Shown piece by piece: positions 35,223 through 48,622 of a stretch of 64,000 nt of DNA. Positions within the stretch are counted from its first letter, which is position 1. Every line of letters starts with the position of its first letter. Both the position numbers and the translations under genes were made by a program. Location of the stretch: positions 62,001 through 126,000 of the forward strand of contig JBPGPT010000009.1 of the NCBI GenBank assembly GCA_051047955.1, given 5' to 3'. The notes under the pieces were generated by a model. The model saw only the letters and a program-made list of their open reading frames with translations. It was not told where the DNA came from and did not search any database. The stretch comes from Cystobasidiomycetes sp. EMM_F5. Lineage: Eukaryota.

Positions 35223-36855
35223 ATGTCTTCGACTGTCCAAAGTCATGAAGCAAGCAGCCAAGACGGCTCTCCTACTTCTCCCTTTGCCGCAGAGCTGCAG
35301 CTCGCGCTGTCAATCGCAGCCGAAGCCGGGCAAATGATCTCATCCGCGTCGAGCAGTCGCTGGAGGAGCGCTGCGAATGCAGATAATGCTACAGGAAGCG
35401 AGCTCGGAACAAAGAAGAACAGCGTCGATGTAGGTAGTGTCCCTTTTTGCTTGAAGAGTAATGCGTTGATATAATGTGTCGCTTGGTCGGATTGGCGATA
35501 CTGAAACGTGCTTGTAGCTCGTAACAGAGACGGATCAAGCTGTCGAAAAGCTCGTCAAGGAACGCATCTCGGCTGCGTTTCCGGGTCACAAGTGCGCTAT
35601 GTTACCCCTTCGACAAAATCTGTAGAAGTTTCATTAACACTCGTTGCGGGACAGATTCATCGGCGAGGAGAGCTATGCGGCTGGGGACCGACCCGAGCTA
35701 ACGGACGAGCCTACGTGGATCGTAGGTCGCTACAACCACCTTACCGAACATCCCATTCAGGATCTGATGGACTTATATTCTGTCTCTATTCACGTTTCTG
35801 TGCATCGGCTTTACAATCCGCAACGCCAACCTTGCCCATGCCTTCGTTCAGACGGACCCTATTGACGGCACTACAAATTTTGTACACGGCTTCCCATTCG
35901 TGTGCATTTCTATCGGGTTCTGCGTCAACAAAGTACCTACAGTCGGGTATGACCCACTTCTTCAGAATACCCATATCGTGGGCTCGCTCACATTCTCGTT
36001 GCGTAATTAGCGTCATCTACAACCCTTTTCTAGACCATCTCTACCATGCCGTTCTTGGGCAAGGCGCATTTATGAATCAGCGTATTCGCCTTCCTCTATC
36101 ACATCCTCATCCACTTCCGCTCAATTCACTAGGAGAGGCACTCATTGGTGCGGAATGGGGTAGTGATAGGTCGCAGGCTGTAAGTGTACCCTGCGCGCGA
36201 TGCGTGAAGGAGAGATTAAGCTGAGGCAGCAATGTCTGGGATTTACCAGATCATGGACAAGAAGGCTCTATCGATGAAGAAGCTGGCGGCTGATGGCAAG
36301 GAAGTCCAAGGTGGTAAAATGGCACACTCGTTGCGGTCGATTGGGTAAGTCCCTCCTCGTCAGTCGACATCCGGGGGCAGCTTTGGTCGCTTTGCCTTTC
36401 AGAATGCGTCAATTGCTGATGGATATGCCATATTTTCTAAATCCTCGCTCCTCTAGCTCCGCTGCCCTCAACTTTGCCCACGTCGCCACAGGTCAGCTGG
36501 ACATGTATCACGAGATTGGGTGTTGGAGGTGCGTAGTCGCAAGAATTGGTTTGACATTGACCCTTCTAATGCGTACAATCCTACAGCTGGGATGTCTGTG
36601 CAGGAGTCGTTATTGCCCGGGAAGCGGGTTGCAAGGTGTGTTTGTATGAGTCTCAACACTCCACTCGCAAGCACTGAGCACACTCTGCAGGTCTATGGCC
36701 GACACGGGGGAGTGTTTGACGCAGCTGCATTGATGGGTCACCACTTTTACGTTATTCGAGCAGTCTCGTCGGGGAATGACGGGGAGAGGGCAGAAGCTGT
36801 CCAGGACAGGCTGGCCAAGGAGTACTTTGAGACTGTCGAGGACTGGGATGTGTGA
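35223..36855 (+). CDS. Inositol monophosphatase (about 9 exons)
   Basis: [58 protein letters not shown]. Confidence 0.93.
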
Positions 36856-37081
36856 GGGGGCTGTTGAGTGGAGACTCTGCAGAGCAGTAAGATACCCTGA
36901 TACCCTGTATCCACTCGAATGCCATCTTGCTGTCCCTTTATGACTGCCTAAATATAGGCCCAGGCCATCCTCGATCGCAGCCATTCCCCGGTCAGCGAAA
37001 GAGAGAGACGACCGTCTTCAAGCAACGCACTCCTGAGAAAGAGAGCAGGCATGGCTGAGCATCCATGCGACACATGAGGAC

Positions 37082-40000
37082 ATGACGAGGGACATGCACG
37101 AGGACAGGCAAGGGCTCTCTCGGCGTAGCCCGCGGCAGTGCAACCAGCAGGAGCAGCAGGCGCATACTGCCAGCGGGAGTGGTCACGGCAGCAGCAGTTC
37201 AGCGCCAGGTCTGTCTGTACGGTTCACAGTATTGGTATACGTATGCTGATGCCCCTCGCCCGCTCCTTCCCTCATTCTCGCACTCATTCTCCCACTGTCG
37301 CCCATCGCGCGTTCCCGTCAATTTCCCATTCCGCACGGTCCCGATCTCGATATGGCCATTTGGAAATGCAGTACGGCAGTCGAGATGGCGACGTACCAGC
37401 AGCAGCAGCAACAATACTACATCAACGTCTGTGCAGTCTTACAGTGCAGTTCAGCCTCCCTGCGACTGCCTCTGCTGGTGCTGCTGTAATTGCGTGCCGA
37501 CACGGAAACCTAGAGCTCGGTCAATTAAAAGTGCAAGTGCAGAGTTGGTTCCGAGGGAGAGTAGGGTAAAGCTTTCTTCACGGCGGTCGAATATTACCAC
37601 CACGACGAAGAGGGATGATACTCGCTCAGGGTATGGTCCATCCACCTCTGCCGTCCTGGCAGCCGCTGTACTCGCATCCGCTATACATACAACCACTGCA
37701 TCGCCAGTCAATGTGAGGCAGGAAGGACGTGCTCCAAACCCACAACGGCGTGTCTTGGGCGCCATAGACGGTCTTCCTCGACCGTCATACAATATACTGC
37801 AACAACGGGCACCCGTCTCGGCGCGCGATGTAGCATACTCCACACCATCACCGACAGTCACTGGTGGTGTCGGAGTGACCCCGTCCGGTATGGCAAACCA
37901 CTACCAACTCGTAGCCGGTGTATGGGTACCGTCGGACGAATGGTCGTTGAACGGCAAGGCTGGCAACAGCCCCGTAGTTTCGACAACGACACTCCCGTCA
38001 CATACTGAAACGATTGGTGCAGTGAGATCGACAAACGTCGTACTAGGCATCGGTATGAATGTCGATGCCTCGAATCCTACCGATGACGCCGCTATGGACG
38101 TTGCAGGGACATCGATGCCAACGCCTACGATAACGAGTATACGAGGCACCGGCACCCCATCTGGTATAGTCAACGCTGCTGCATCAGCTACCTTTGTCAC
38201 ACTCTCTTCCTCTTCATCAGTTTCCACGACTGATTCATCAGGTGCCGCAATTGACTATTCTTCCGACATTCCCAATGGATGGGTACCCTCTTCTCGAACA
38301 GAAGCGTACGCTGTACCCCTCATTATAGGACTGAGCGTATTTTTAGCATGCGTCATATTTGGATCCATCTGTCTCCTCGTGAGAAGGGGGCTCAAATCCA
38401 GGCAGAGGAGAAAGTATGGTACGCGACTAGAGGAGGAAGGCCGTGGTGATGGTGGAAATGAGAGTTTCACTCATTCTCGGCCGGGCAGTATTCGACAGGG
38501 TCATGGCGCGAGGAAAGACGGAGACGACGAAAAGCGGCTCAATGGCGCAAAGCAAGACAGTAATGTTGCAGTTGCGAAGTGGAAGCGAAAGCTGATTGGG
38601 AGGAGATGGTCACCCAACAACGATGGGCGAAGTGGTAGTACCGGGCTGCGCAACAGAAAAAGGAACATTGCACAGCTCTTTAATCGGCATGATGCTCGTG
38701 CAGTAGATGAGGCGGTAGAAGAAACGGTCGCGATTCATGCTCAGTCATCTGCTGCAGATCCTCTCCCCCGCTCAGATACCCTCGATACGACGATAACACG
38801 CAGTAGCTCGCCCTCTCCGTCAAACAGGTATAATGGCGATGGCGCCTCACTGGCGCGCACGCAATCCACAGCATCATCGTACATGTCCATGTCTTCGCGT
38901 CCCATTCTGCCTCAGCATCATCAAGATATTCCAGCTATAAATCTCATACCTCCATCGAATGCATCTCGCGAAGATCTCTCGATGCCCCGCATGCTCCTTC
39001 GACCACAAAGCAATTCTCCTCTATCGAGACATATCGCTCGCACAGCTGCAGCTGCAGCGGCGGAGGCACAGTCTCCAACATCTCCGTCAGCAGCAATACC
39101 CTCGAGGCACGATACTCATGCAGTCCCTTTGCCGACTGTTGGACCACCTGCATACATTCCTCCGGCTCCCCCCTCGCCAGCTTATACAAATAGATCGAGC
39201 GTACAATACTTTGCACCTCCCTCACCCTTCCTTCCACTGGAAAGTGGAGGTCCTGCCGGAGAAAGAACAGACTTTTTTAATTCTGCTTTGGCGACTGCGA
39301 GGGAGGAAAAGGCGGCGTTACTCATGTCTCGTTCTGGCTCGACCATGTCTGAAGACGCGATGGCTGCACAGCCGACACCAGGTTCTTCGAGCGATCCGTT
39401 CAGATTCCAGAGGCAGTATGAGCATCTGTACGCATCTAGAGAAGGGGATTCCTCACAGACGCGTGCTGCTTCACCCGCTGCTGCAGCATCTGGATCATCT
39501 GTACAAGTACTCTCGCAGGAGAGTGAAGGAGACTGGATTGCGCGATCGACTGCCAGGACATTGCAGAGGACAGATGAGGAGGAGGATATCCTAGAACAGA
39601 GAGCGAATCTTGCTGCTCATGTCGCAGTGGATGACAAGTCGCTCCTTTCCAGTATCCGGAATGCTCGATCCGCTCCTGATGCTATCGGTCCGCCTGAACG
39701 TGAAGCGGACGCAGACCTTGTTCCGAGTGCGCCGTCTGTTGACGATGAGAATGAGTATGAGACGGATGCAGATACTATGGCGATGTCTTCTGTGGCAGAG
39801 TCGTCGATGCCTCGACATGCGTCTCCGCTGCTCCCTGCACCACCACAAGCATTCAGAACTTCCGTATTCGTACCTTCTCCTCTACTGGACGAAAAGACAA
39901 GGCTGAGACAAGCCGAAGAAGCCCAATCCGCCCAGCTAGCTCCTCACGTTGGCGGTCCTTATGCTCCTTTCGGATTGCAGTCTCGTAGTGCACCTTCGCC

Positions 40001-40190
40001 TTCTGCACCCTCGGCTCCCGATTTTGGTCTCCAGGAAGATATGCCATCGGCACCGCCGCTTAACGAGGACGTGGAGGAAAGTACAATTGTCCATGTCTCT
40101 GCTCCGGCATTCCCGTCCAACAACAATGACTTGCATACGGTACACGAAGTTGCGACACAACAACGCCCCTTCTACGAGGGCGTCGTCTAA
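37082..40190 (+). CDS. Uncharacterised membrane protein (S/T-rich ectodomain, one TM, long cytoplasmic tail with PPxY/PSAP motifs)
   Basis: Probable first exon from ATG 37082 spliced (intron ~37209-37370) into the 1003-codon ORF; TM AVPLIIGLSVFLACVIFGSICLLV followed by RRGLKSRQRRK. Start is uncertain. Confidence 0.7.
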
Positions 40191-40479
40191 AAGTTCAACC
40201 TACACAAGCACTCCTTTGCGTTTTACCAAAAAAATGGCTCCTTGGAGCCAGATACTTACTAGCTTGTTATTACCGGCTTGTTGACATGCCAGGAGCTCTT
40301 GTATATACATGGCAAAGCAGTCAACGTGTATATACGCATATATAAATCAGCACGCGTCACATTCTGTATCATTACGTCAAAGAATGATAGCATTAACCAA
40401 AAATATAGGTAGCACGCTACGTGACTATGCGACCTACAGTGTGGCACTGTGCCAACATCGCTTACGATTGAAACACAAA

Positions 40480-42896
40480 TCATGCCAGGACGGCGTCGGC
40501 CGCTTCTGCAGCGTCGAGGGCTTCGCCGAACCATTGAAGGAGCACCTTTTCATCCTCTAACCCCACTGAAACCCTCACGAGCCCTTCCTCCACTTCCCAC
40601 TCTGCGGCCCAGTCGAGTTCGAGGTAGTGCGCAAGCACGGTATACGGGCATGCTAGAGTGAAGTTTGTGCCCAGCGAGGGGCCCTTACAGCATTTCAAGG
40701 CGTCAAAGAAGGCTCGCGACGCAGCGAGTGACGTAAATGTAACGCTAAATAGTCCACCGTACCCAGCCGCTGCGTCGTCCGCCGTCGTGTCATTACTGGT
40801 AGAAGTACCTCTCCGCATGCGCGCACGGTAGTTTTCGGGGGTAATGTATTTAGGATAGTAGACCTTTTTCAGTGCTCGTTTACTGAGAGCACCCTGTGTC
40901 TGCGGCACTGTGGATGAACCTTGATCGGCAGCCCGCGCTTGCAGGAATTCGCACACTGCTTCGGTGTTGCGATTGATACGTGCCACTCGTGGGCGGAAAT
41001 CGCGAGAATTGCGCTCCATGAAGATTGCATCTGACGCATAGTACGTATCCTCCCAATCTGCAATCACAGCTTGCTTGAGTGCCTCATGATTGTTTGCGAT
41101 GGGATTTACCGTCAAGCTATACCATCGTGCAATCGTTTATGCAATTAGCGCCAGTCAGCTGTACTTGAGAACGACTCACGATCCACCCATGACGTTCGAG
41201 TCGCCCGAGAAGACCTTTGTGAGCGAGCTGACTACGATGTTGGCAAAAGGCAGACATTCGACATTGACGAAACCCCCAACAGTTTCATCGATGACAATAT
41301 AGAAGCCGTACTCGTCTGCCAGGTGTTTCAACTTTTGCAGATTTGGACACCGCAAGAGCGGATTACTTGGAAATTCGCAAAAGAGAGAAAGTATGGGCTT
41401 ATCGTCTGGATCTGTCGAGTCTGGATTTGCGAGATGGCGGTCTCGACATGACGAGAGCAGTTTCTCCAGATCATCTAGATCGGAATCCAGCCCGAGGCCA
41501 AAGAAATGGCAGCCAGGTCCCCACTTTTGTAGAATTTTAAGCGTGTCGGTGTATGGGAATCCGAAACATACACTCTTGCCGACGACTGGCGGTGATGCTT
41601 TAACTTGTACGGTCGCCGCGTTCTCGGAGACACCGAGGATGGACATGAAGGAGTGGAAGATGGCAGACATGCCTGTCGGATACAGAAAGACATCGTCTTC
41701 CGTCAATCCAGAGACACCTCTCGAAGAATCATGCAAGTCGGCGTTCGTAGCACTAGCTGCCTTTAACATATCAAGGGAGGGACTACGAGGGGATAGTTCT
41801 GTGTCTGGCCCCCGTCCCTTGACGAGCGAGTCTCCGTCTGCAGACACTGCCGGATGGCCGGCGGAAGGTGGAGACTGGCTCAGGCTATTTGACCGTTCTC
41901 GCAGCACACCAGCTATTCTCCGCCTCATGGCCGTTTTGGCAAGAGGCGCCTGGGACGCCGACAGATTTCTGGCGTAGCGTTCTTCGATGTAGGTGTTCAA
42001 GTCTTCTCCAAAGGGATTCATGGTCGTACTGTCCGCTGCAGCCGATGCAGTCGACGAGGACGGATTGGCAGTCGTGTCTTCGGTTGTTTTGCTAGTCGAG
42101 GCCGTTGAACCCATGATGGCTTCCAACGCCTGCGATGACTTTTTGGAGTAGTGCTTGTTGCGCGAAAAGCCTTTTGAGGACAAGCTTCGAACACAGGAGG
42201 GGGATGTCGGGGACTCTGCCAGTCTTGGGTTGGACGAGCCGGTGTCGTGGCAGTCCTGACCCTGTCCAATCAAATGCAGGCAGTGTTCTGCCAGACGCGA
42301 TGAGATGCCATCACCGGTATGCTGCCAGAACTGCTTTTGTACTGCGAAGTGTTCTGCAGATGTAAAGACTGCGTATATGGTTGTTATGTCCAGGGCATCG
42401 ACGGGAGATGGGATAGTCCACGCCTTGTAGTATGCATCGATGGACGGTTCTCTTGAAGTTAGGAAAGCTACCGCTCTGCTTGCGATGCGTAGTGTCGGAA
42501 AGAGGAAGCAGCGGTCACCGGGTTGGTTGGCGAATTGCTTGTCTGCCAGGCCGGCGAGCTGCAGAGATCAGGATGTAGATTATGTCCAATGCAATGGGAA
42601 TCGGAAAAGCGTGGAATTATGACATTTGCGAAGACTATCCGAGTCAGTTTCGATGCTACGACAAAGCAACAAAGACGAGCTGCAAGCCCGCCCAGAGCTG
42701 AGCGCACCTTTTGTATCGACCTGTGCACAAAGAACCGCGGATAGCCCGTTTGCATGGCGTCCACTACGCGCTTGTCGCCTTCCTCGTACCCGACATTGTC
42801 GCGCCAGGTCGGGAGACTCACGGAGACTGCGTGCGGCGTCAAGTACGGTATCGAGTATCCCAGCGGAGGAGACACAAAGGCCGTAGCGACGGGCAT
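40480..42896 (-). CDS. STR2: Cystathionine gamma-synthase (Str2/Met-7 type, PLP-dependent)
   Basis: [21 protein letters not shown]...[67 protein letters not shown]. Confidence 0.93.
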
Positions 42897-43050
42897 AGTC
42901 TTGAAATGGGCACAAGTTGCAGGTTGTGTGAATGTTGTATATTATTGAATAATTGGATGGCTGCTAAGCGGACACAAGTCTTCAATTCTATAGCTACGTT
43001 GGCTCTCGCTCAGTCCAAGCTCCAGGCAATATATCCAACAAGTCCTGACC

Positions 43051-45061
43051 ATGTCGGCGTCCAAGACTGTCGTGGGCATCAACTTTGGCGGGAGCACGTC
43101 GAGCGTAGCCATCATCAGCAAAGTGAGCGCGCAGTGTTCTTTTGGATGGAAATTTGGAGCTGGCCAGGATGATCGGATGCGACATCCAAGCAGAATACGG
43201 CAGCTGGACAGCGAGGCGCCTGGTCGGAGGCTCATCCAACTGACTTGTTGTGTTGCCGTCCGCTCCCCTTTTCCAGGAAGGTCTGGCTGATTGTATAGCA
43301 AACGACGATGGCGAACGCCAAATCAGCAATGCAGTCTCCTTCTCTGGCGAGGAGGAGGTGGGTAACGTATATTTCAAGCAATGTATGCCATACTCATGTT
43401 CCAATTACCCCTCGCAGTACGTCGGGATCCCAGCAAAATCTCAGCTCGTGCGAAATAATGCAAACACTATACTTGGATTCCGAAATTTGCTAGGCCAAAA
43501 GTGGGTGGATGACGGAGAGTCGCCGAGTGTTTCACAACTGACCCTGTTCTTCTTCTGATGATATCCTAGGTACGACTCTGTCAAATCCGTCAAATCTCAA
43601 TTCGGTTCCGCACCCATAGTCGCTGGATCAGACGGGCAACCGGCCTACAAGGTCGACATCAACGGCACCGAGACGACTCTGAGTGTACAAGAAGTCTCAA
43701 AGAAATATCTCACTGCACTCATTGGATTCGCGTCGGATTTCCTTGGCAGAAGTATCGATGCCGCCGTCCTTGCCGTACCTTCAGATTTTACGATTGAACA
43801 GATGAAGGCGCTCGAGCAAACGTGCCAGGAAGCCGCTGGCGTCAAAGTCTTGCAATTTCTGCATGAGCCCGCTGCTGCGGCTGTAGCGTACGGCTTGACT
43901 GTCCCGACCGACGAGGATGACAGAACAGTCACTCCAGTTTCGTTCGACCGCAACGTCGTAGTCTTGGATGTCGGTGCGTCGAGCACGACAGTGACTGTTC
44001 TCGCAGCTCGCCAAGGTCTATACGTTCCCCTAGCGACCGTCCGGGATTCCCAGCTCGGAGGCGACGCGTTCGATGAACAGCTCATTGCTTTCTTCAGCAA
44101 GGAATTCACTAAAAAGACAAAGGTAACCCTGGACAAGTCCAATCATCGTGCCATTATGAAACTACGGCTGTCTTGCGAAATCACAAAACGGACTCTGTCA
44201 GCCTCAAACTCGGCTACTTGCTCCGTCGAGAGTTTGGCAGAAGGGATGGATTTCAGCGGATCCATCAATCGCTCACGCTTCGATTTGCTCTCCTCCAAGG
44301 TCTACAGCAGCATTACCTCACGCATAACCGAAGCCTTGCAGCAAGCTAGCGTCGATCCACTCGACGTTCAAGAAGTTATTCTTGTTGGCGGAACGTGCAA
44401 GAATCCCACCCTGGCCGAAAAGGTCTCACTCCTCTTCCCCGAATCCACACTTGTCACTTCGCAAATCGAGCCAGACCAAGTCATTGCGCGCGGATGCGTG
44501 TTGCACGCTTTGGCGCTGACGAAATCATCCGACGAAGAGTCTGCGCACATCGATCATTTTTCACCTCTATCAAAACGAAAACAACAAGTCACAACAGCTC
44601 CCATCGGTATTCTTGTTCCTGCTCCCGCACAAAATGGAGATGCAAAGGCAAATCCTGCTGTTGTCGATGGTAAACTTTTCGTGACGGTCATCGACGCAAA
44701 TACGCCTTTACCCGCGAGACGGATTGTAGACCTCCCAGCAGGCAAGGACGCAGATGCTATTCGTATCATACTCTCCGAAGGCAAGACTGAGGTTCACGTG
44801 GAATCTCCGCCCAAGAAGGAGAGTAATGGCAAAGCTGCTGACGAAGACGACGAGGATGAGGAGGAAGACGAGGAGGATGATGTACGGACGAGCTTTGTCA
44901 AGGCTACGACAAAGCTGGGAGAACTGATCGTCAAGGTGCAAAAAGGCCAGTCGAAACCATCAGTCCGCTTGACAGTAATTGTCAGCAAGGATGGCAAGCT
45001 CGAAGTAGAGGCCCAACAAAATGGCGTAGACAATGCCCAAGTTCAGTCTTTCCAGTCATGA
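43051..45061 (+). CDS. SSZ1: Ribosome-associated complex atypical Hsp70 Ssz1
   Basis: VVGINFGGSTSSVAII, CIANDDGERQI, AKSQLVRNNANTILGFRNLLG, SCSVESLAEGMDF; truncated substrate-binding domain with acidic insertion and no EEVD tail. Confidence 0.92.
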
Positions 45062-45529
45062 GCTTGCTCAACATTTATTCCTCATGAGCTTGATGTGTGC
45101 GAAAGTCCGCAGGTAGTTGGTGTAACAACATAGAACAAGTCAAGTAGACTATACTGCATACATGCAGCTTTGCCTAGGCCTGCCCGAGTAATTGCGTGAA
45201 GATTGCAAACGAATCAGATCGGCCCGGGGGATCGTACAAGAACTTGTTTTGCGGATAGGTAACATCGACTTAGTCACTGTGATACGAGCCTCTACTGAGG
45301 ATTCTTCCTAGGGTACATCGCGTCGTTACAGTAAACCGGAATAGCTAAATTGCTTGAGTAATCGAGAAAATTGAAACTCTGAACGGAGGAATTGTCGTGA
45401 CAGTAAATGGACGTGAAACTGCGGGAGTTCTGCTGGGCTACAAGATGTTTGATAGAGCTGCCATGGGATTCTCGAAGAGTAGATGACGGTAGATTTTGGA
45501 ACGCTGATGCAGGAGCAGGCTGAAATGCG

Positions 45530-47788
45530 TCAAGCCAACTGATTCAGTCCGCGCGTTTCATCATCGTCAATCTTGAGCGAAAAGAAGGGATGTCGTAAAG
45601 CTTCTCGGACAGTGTACCGGTCCGCCGGATCCCACTTTAGCAAGTGACTTAAGAGATCGAGAAAGCGCGAGTTGACGATGTTCGTTGGCGAGACGATAGC
45701 CTGGTTCAAGCGACAGGCATGTCAGACGTCATAAGTAATCTAACAAATCGATAAATTGCATACCTCGAGCGCTCGCATAGCCTTGACATACTTCTTGGAT
45801 TGACGTGTTGTGGCTGGCGTAGGATAGTTGACCTTCGTACCGGAAGAGAACCATTCTGGTTTCGCCCTTACCGCGCTCTTGCCCCAACGCGATTCCGGTA
45901 ACCTGCCAAATACAATCTCCATCATTGCGAGATGCTCGAGGTTCTCATGCGTCTGAAACAGAGCTTCGCCCGTAAAGAATTCGACGAGAATGCACCCAAT
46001 CGACCACACATCACATGGATATGACCAGCCTAGACCTACAAACCTATTCGTTAGAACGCAGCTGCTAAATGCCTCCAGCGAAATAGACTGACCGAGTATG
46101 ATTTCCGGAGCGCGGTAGTGCCGTGTCGATACGACGCTCGCATGATATTCCTCCTCAAACGTTGCACTTCCAAAATCGATCAGATGTATGGCCGAGCTCT
46201 TCAATATCCGCTTGGTCTTGACTGTCGGTGCAGACTTGTTGGGCTGGACGGACGGACAACGCATTCTTAGCAACTATCGCGCAATGTCGCACGAAAAAAT
46301 TTACTTACCCTGATTGGGATACCTACGTAATCGTGATCCACAAGTAGGATGTTTTCAGGTTTCAGATCAGTGTGAACTAATCGGAGATCGTGTAAGACTG
46401 TCGCAGCGGAGCGAAGCACGAAAGTCAGACAAACTTCTAAAGAATGGGTGATAAAATCGCCTCACACGCCACGCTAGTCAGCAGCTGCCTCGCGAAGCTT
46501 TGAATGTGGCTCGCTGGAAAGGGAAGGTAGTTGTTGTCCTTTAAAAAATCGAAAACAGAGCAGGATAGCAGTTTTGTCACGATGCAGATATGGTTGCGAT
46601 GGTCGAATACATCCAGCAAGTGTATGCATTTACTGCGAACATAAACGTAAGCTACAAATCCATTCACAAAAGGTGCGCGCTTACTTGACATTGGTCGGGT
46701 CACGGTCCCGAAGTAAGTTCAGCACCTTGACTTCAATCTTGCTCGCGTCTCTGGAGATTTCGTTAGCTATCATCAGAGAATAGCGCCTGTAGCAAAATTA
46801 CCGACTGACCTATACTTCTGAATCGCCCGAATCACTTTCACAGCGACCGTACACCTTGCATCGCGGTCCCATGCCTCGACGACTTTGCCAAACGTTCCTT
46901 GTCCCAGCAGCCGGATGATTTTGTCTATTACGTTGTGTTCATACTCAGCTGAATCTGCAGACGTGCACTACTCTCAAGACCTACACCGTCGCGTGTCTCC
47001 TAGCTCATCATCCGGTCGGATAATATAGTGTCCGTCCTTGTCATCGCAGGGCAATGCAGCAATTGCTGCATCTTTACGTTGCTGATATAACCTATCATTC
47101 TGTCGAAAGCGCATCTCAGCATTGTCCACCGCTTCAACGACGGAATACTTACTGCCGTTGCTGGGTCATTGACTTCGTTAAATTTACGCTTTGCTCCGCT
47201 AACTTTACGATTAGCATTTGATGTTGATGCTGCCGCAGACGCGTCTGGATGATACGCAGATGTGGAGGCCGTAGCAGGATGTGCTGCGATGGACAGAGTG
47301 TCGACACCGTAGTTGGGCTGCTGATACGATGAGGCGTACACATCGTTACTCTGTGGATACCCACCAACTTTGACACGCTTGTTCGGTGCACCGTTAGCTG
47401 CAGGGAGACGCGAGGAGGACGCGATGGCAGAAGTTCGCGTCGAAGCGACATTTGTGGATGTGGTAGGAGGTGGAGTGTCTTCAATCACAATGACAGTCTT
47501 TTCGCCATCTCTCTGTAGGGACCACGAGTCGCCGGCTGTACGGATCGAGGGAGCATAAGGCGCTTGTCCTGGCATACCACTGCCGCCAGTCCGGATACCT
47601 GCACCACTGTTGGCGGCACCACTGCTGGCGGGGCCTCCCAAACGATACGCCGACGAGCTCGAGACGGTCGTAGCTGGAGTGGGATACAATGAAGAGAGCT
47701 GAGTGGATGTCGTGGATGCTATCGAGCTGCCGGGCACGCTCTGATGGCTCCCGGCATAAGGTCGTCGTGTGACCGTGGTAGCTGACAT
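45530..47788 (-). CDS. KNS1: LAMMER dual-specificity kinase (Clk/Kns1/Lkh1)
   Basis: [52 protein letters not shown]. Confidence 0.94.
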
Positions 47789-48622
47789 CGGAATCGCCAA
47801 TCTTTCGGGGCTTTGAAGACTACAGCGCGACTATGCGGCTGCGAAGGGTTTCCAATATCGTTGTTGAAGCCAGCTATCACTTGCAGTCTTTCCCTGCCTC
47901 GTCCGAAGACGTCGGAAGGTCTTCGGGTTGCGACTGACCAGGTCGAGCAGCTACCCGCAACGAGCTACGACGAAAGCCGCGCTGATAGCTTGTCGCAACT
48001 GAGCGTGGAGCTGGAAACCAATTCGAGTCTTGCCGTTTACTTCTTGCTCAGCGCTCTGCAATTGGGTTGCACCGTTCAAAAGACCCGAACGAGCCTTTTG
48101 GCAGCTGCCTGCCATTCGCAAATCACGCAGGAACAGGTGTGCAAGTTACAAGGTAATGCGTGCTAGTTTTCAATCCATTTACTCTTTTTTTTCTTTCAGT
48201 GTTACTCTGTTTCAATGTGCGACCATCACATTGTTACAGTGCCGCTCTGCTCGCAACCACGGGCCCGCTCGCCGAAGCTGCCCATACGCCAGTCATCAGC
48301 CATGCAAGTGAGGTGCGATTCAACATCGATGGAGTGTTGTTGCGTCTGAGGCTTAATGATCCAGTCGGCTGGAATAAGAAAGCCTGCGACTCGCTTTCGC
48401 TTTCGAGATGTCCGGTGACGAACTGTATAGTCAGTCAAAGACTGCGTCACGTCGCGAGAATGCAGACTTTACGCCATCACTGCCTTTGGTCCATCTTAGT
48501 CTGTATACTGCACTTCTCGAATTAAACTGATCAGATGTTCAGCACAACATGACGAGATTGTAAAGCTAAGACGACAGGTGAAATGCGAACAAGATTACCA
48601 AGCGATAAAGAAAGACGCGCTA

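Noticed and set aside
5770..36855. Sugar-catabolism gene cluster (LAD, GH5, IMPase)
   Set aside because: The genes are separated by ~25 kb of unrelated housekeeping genes; no evidence of clustering.
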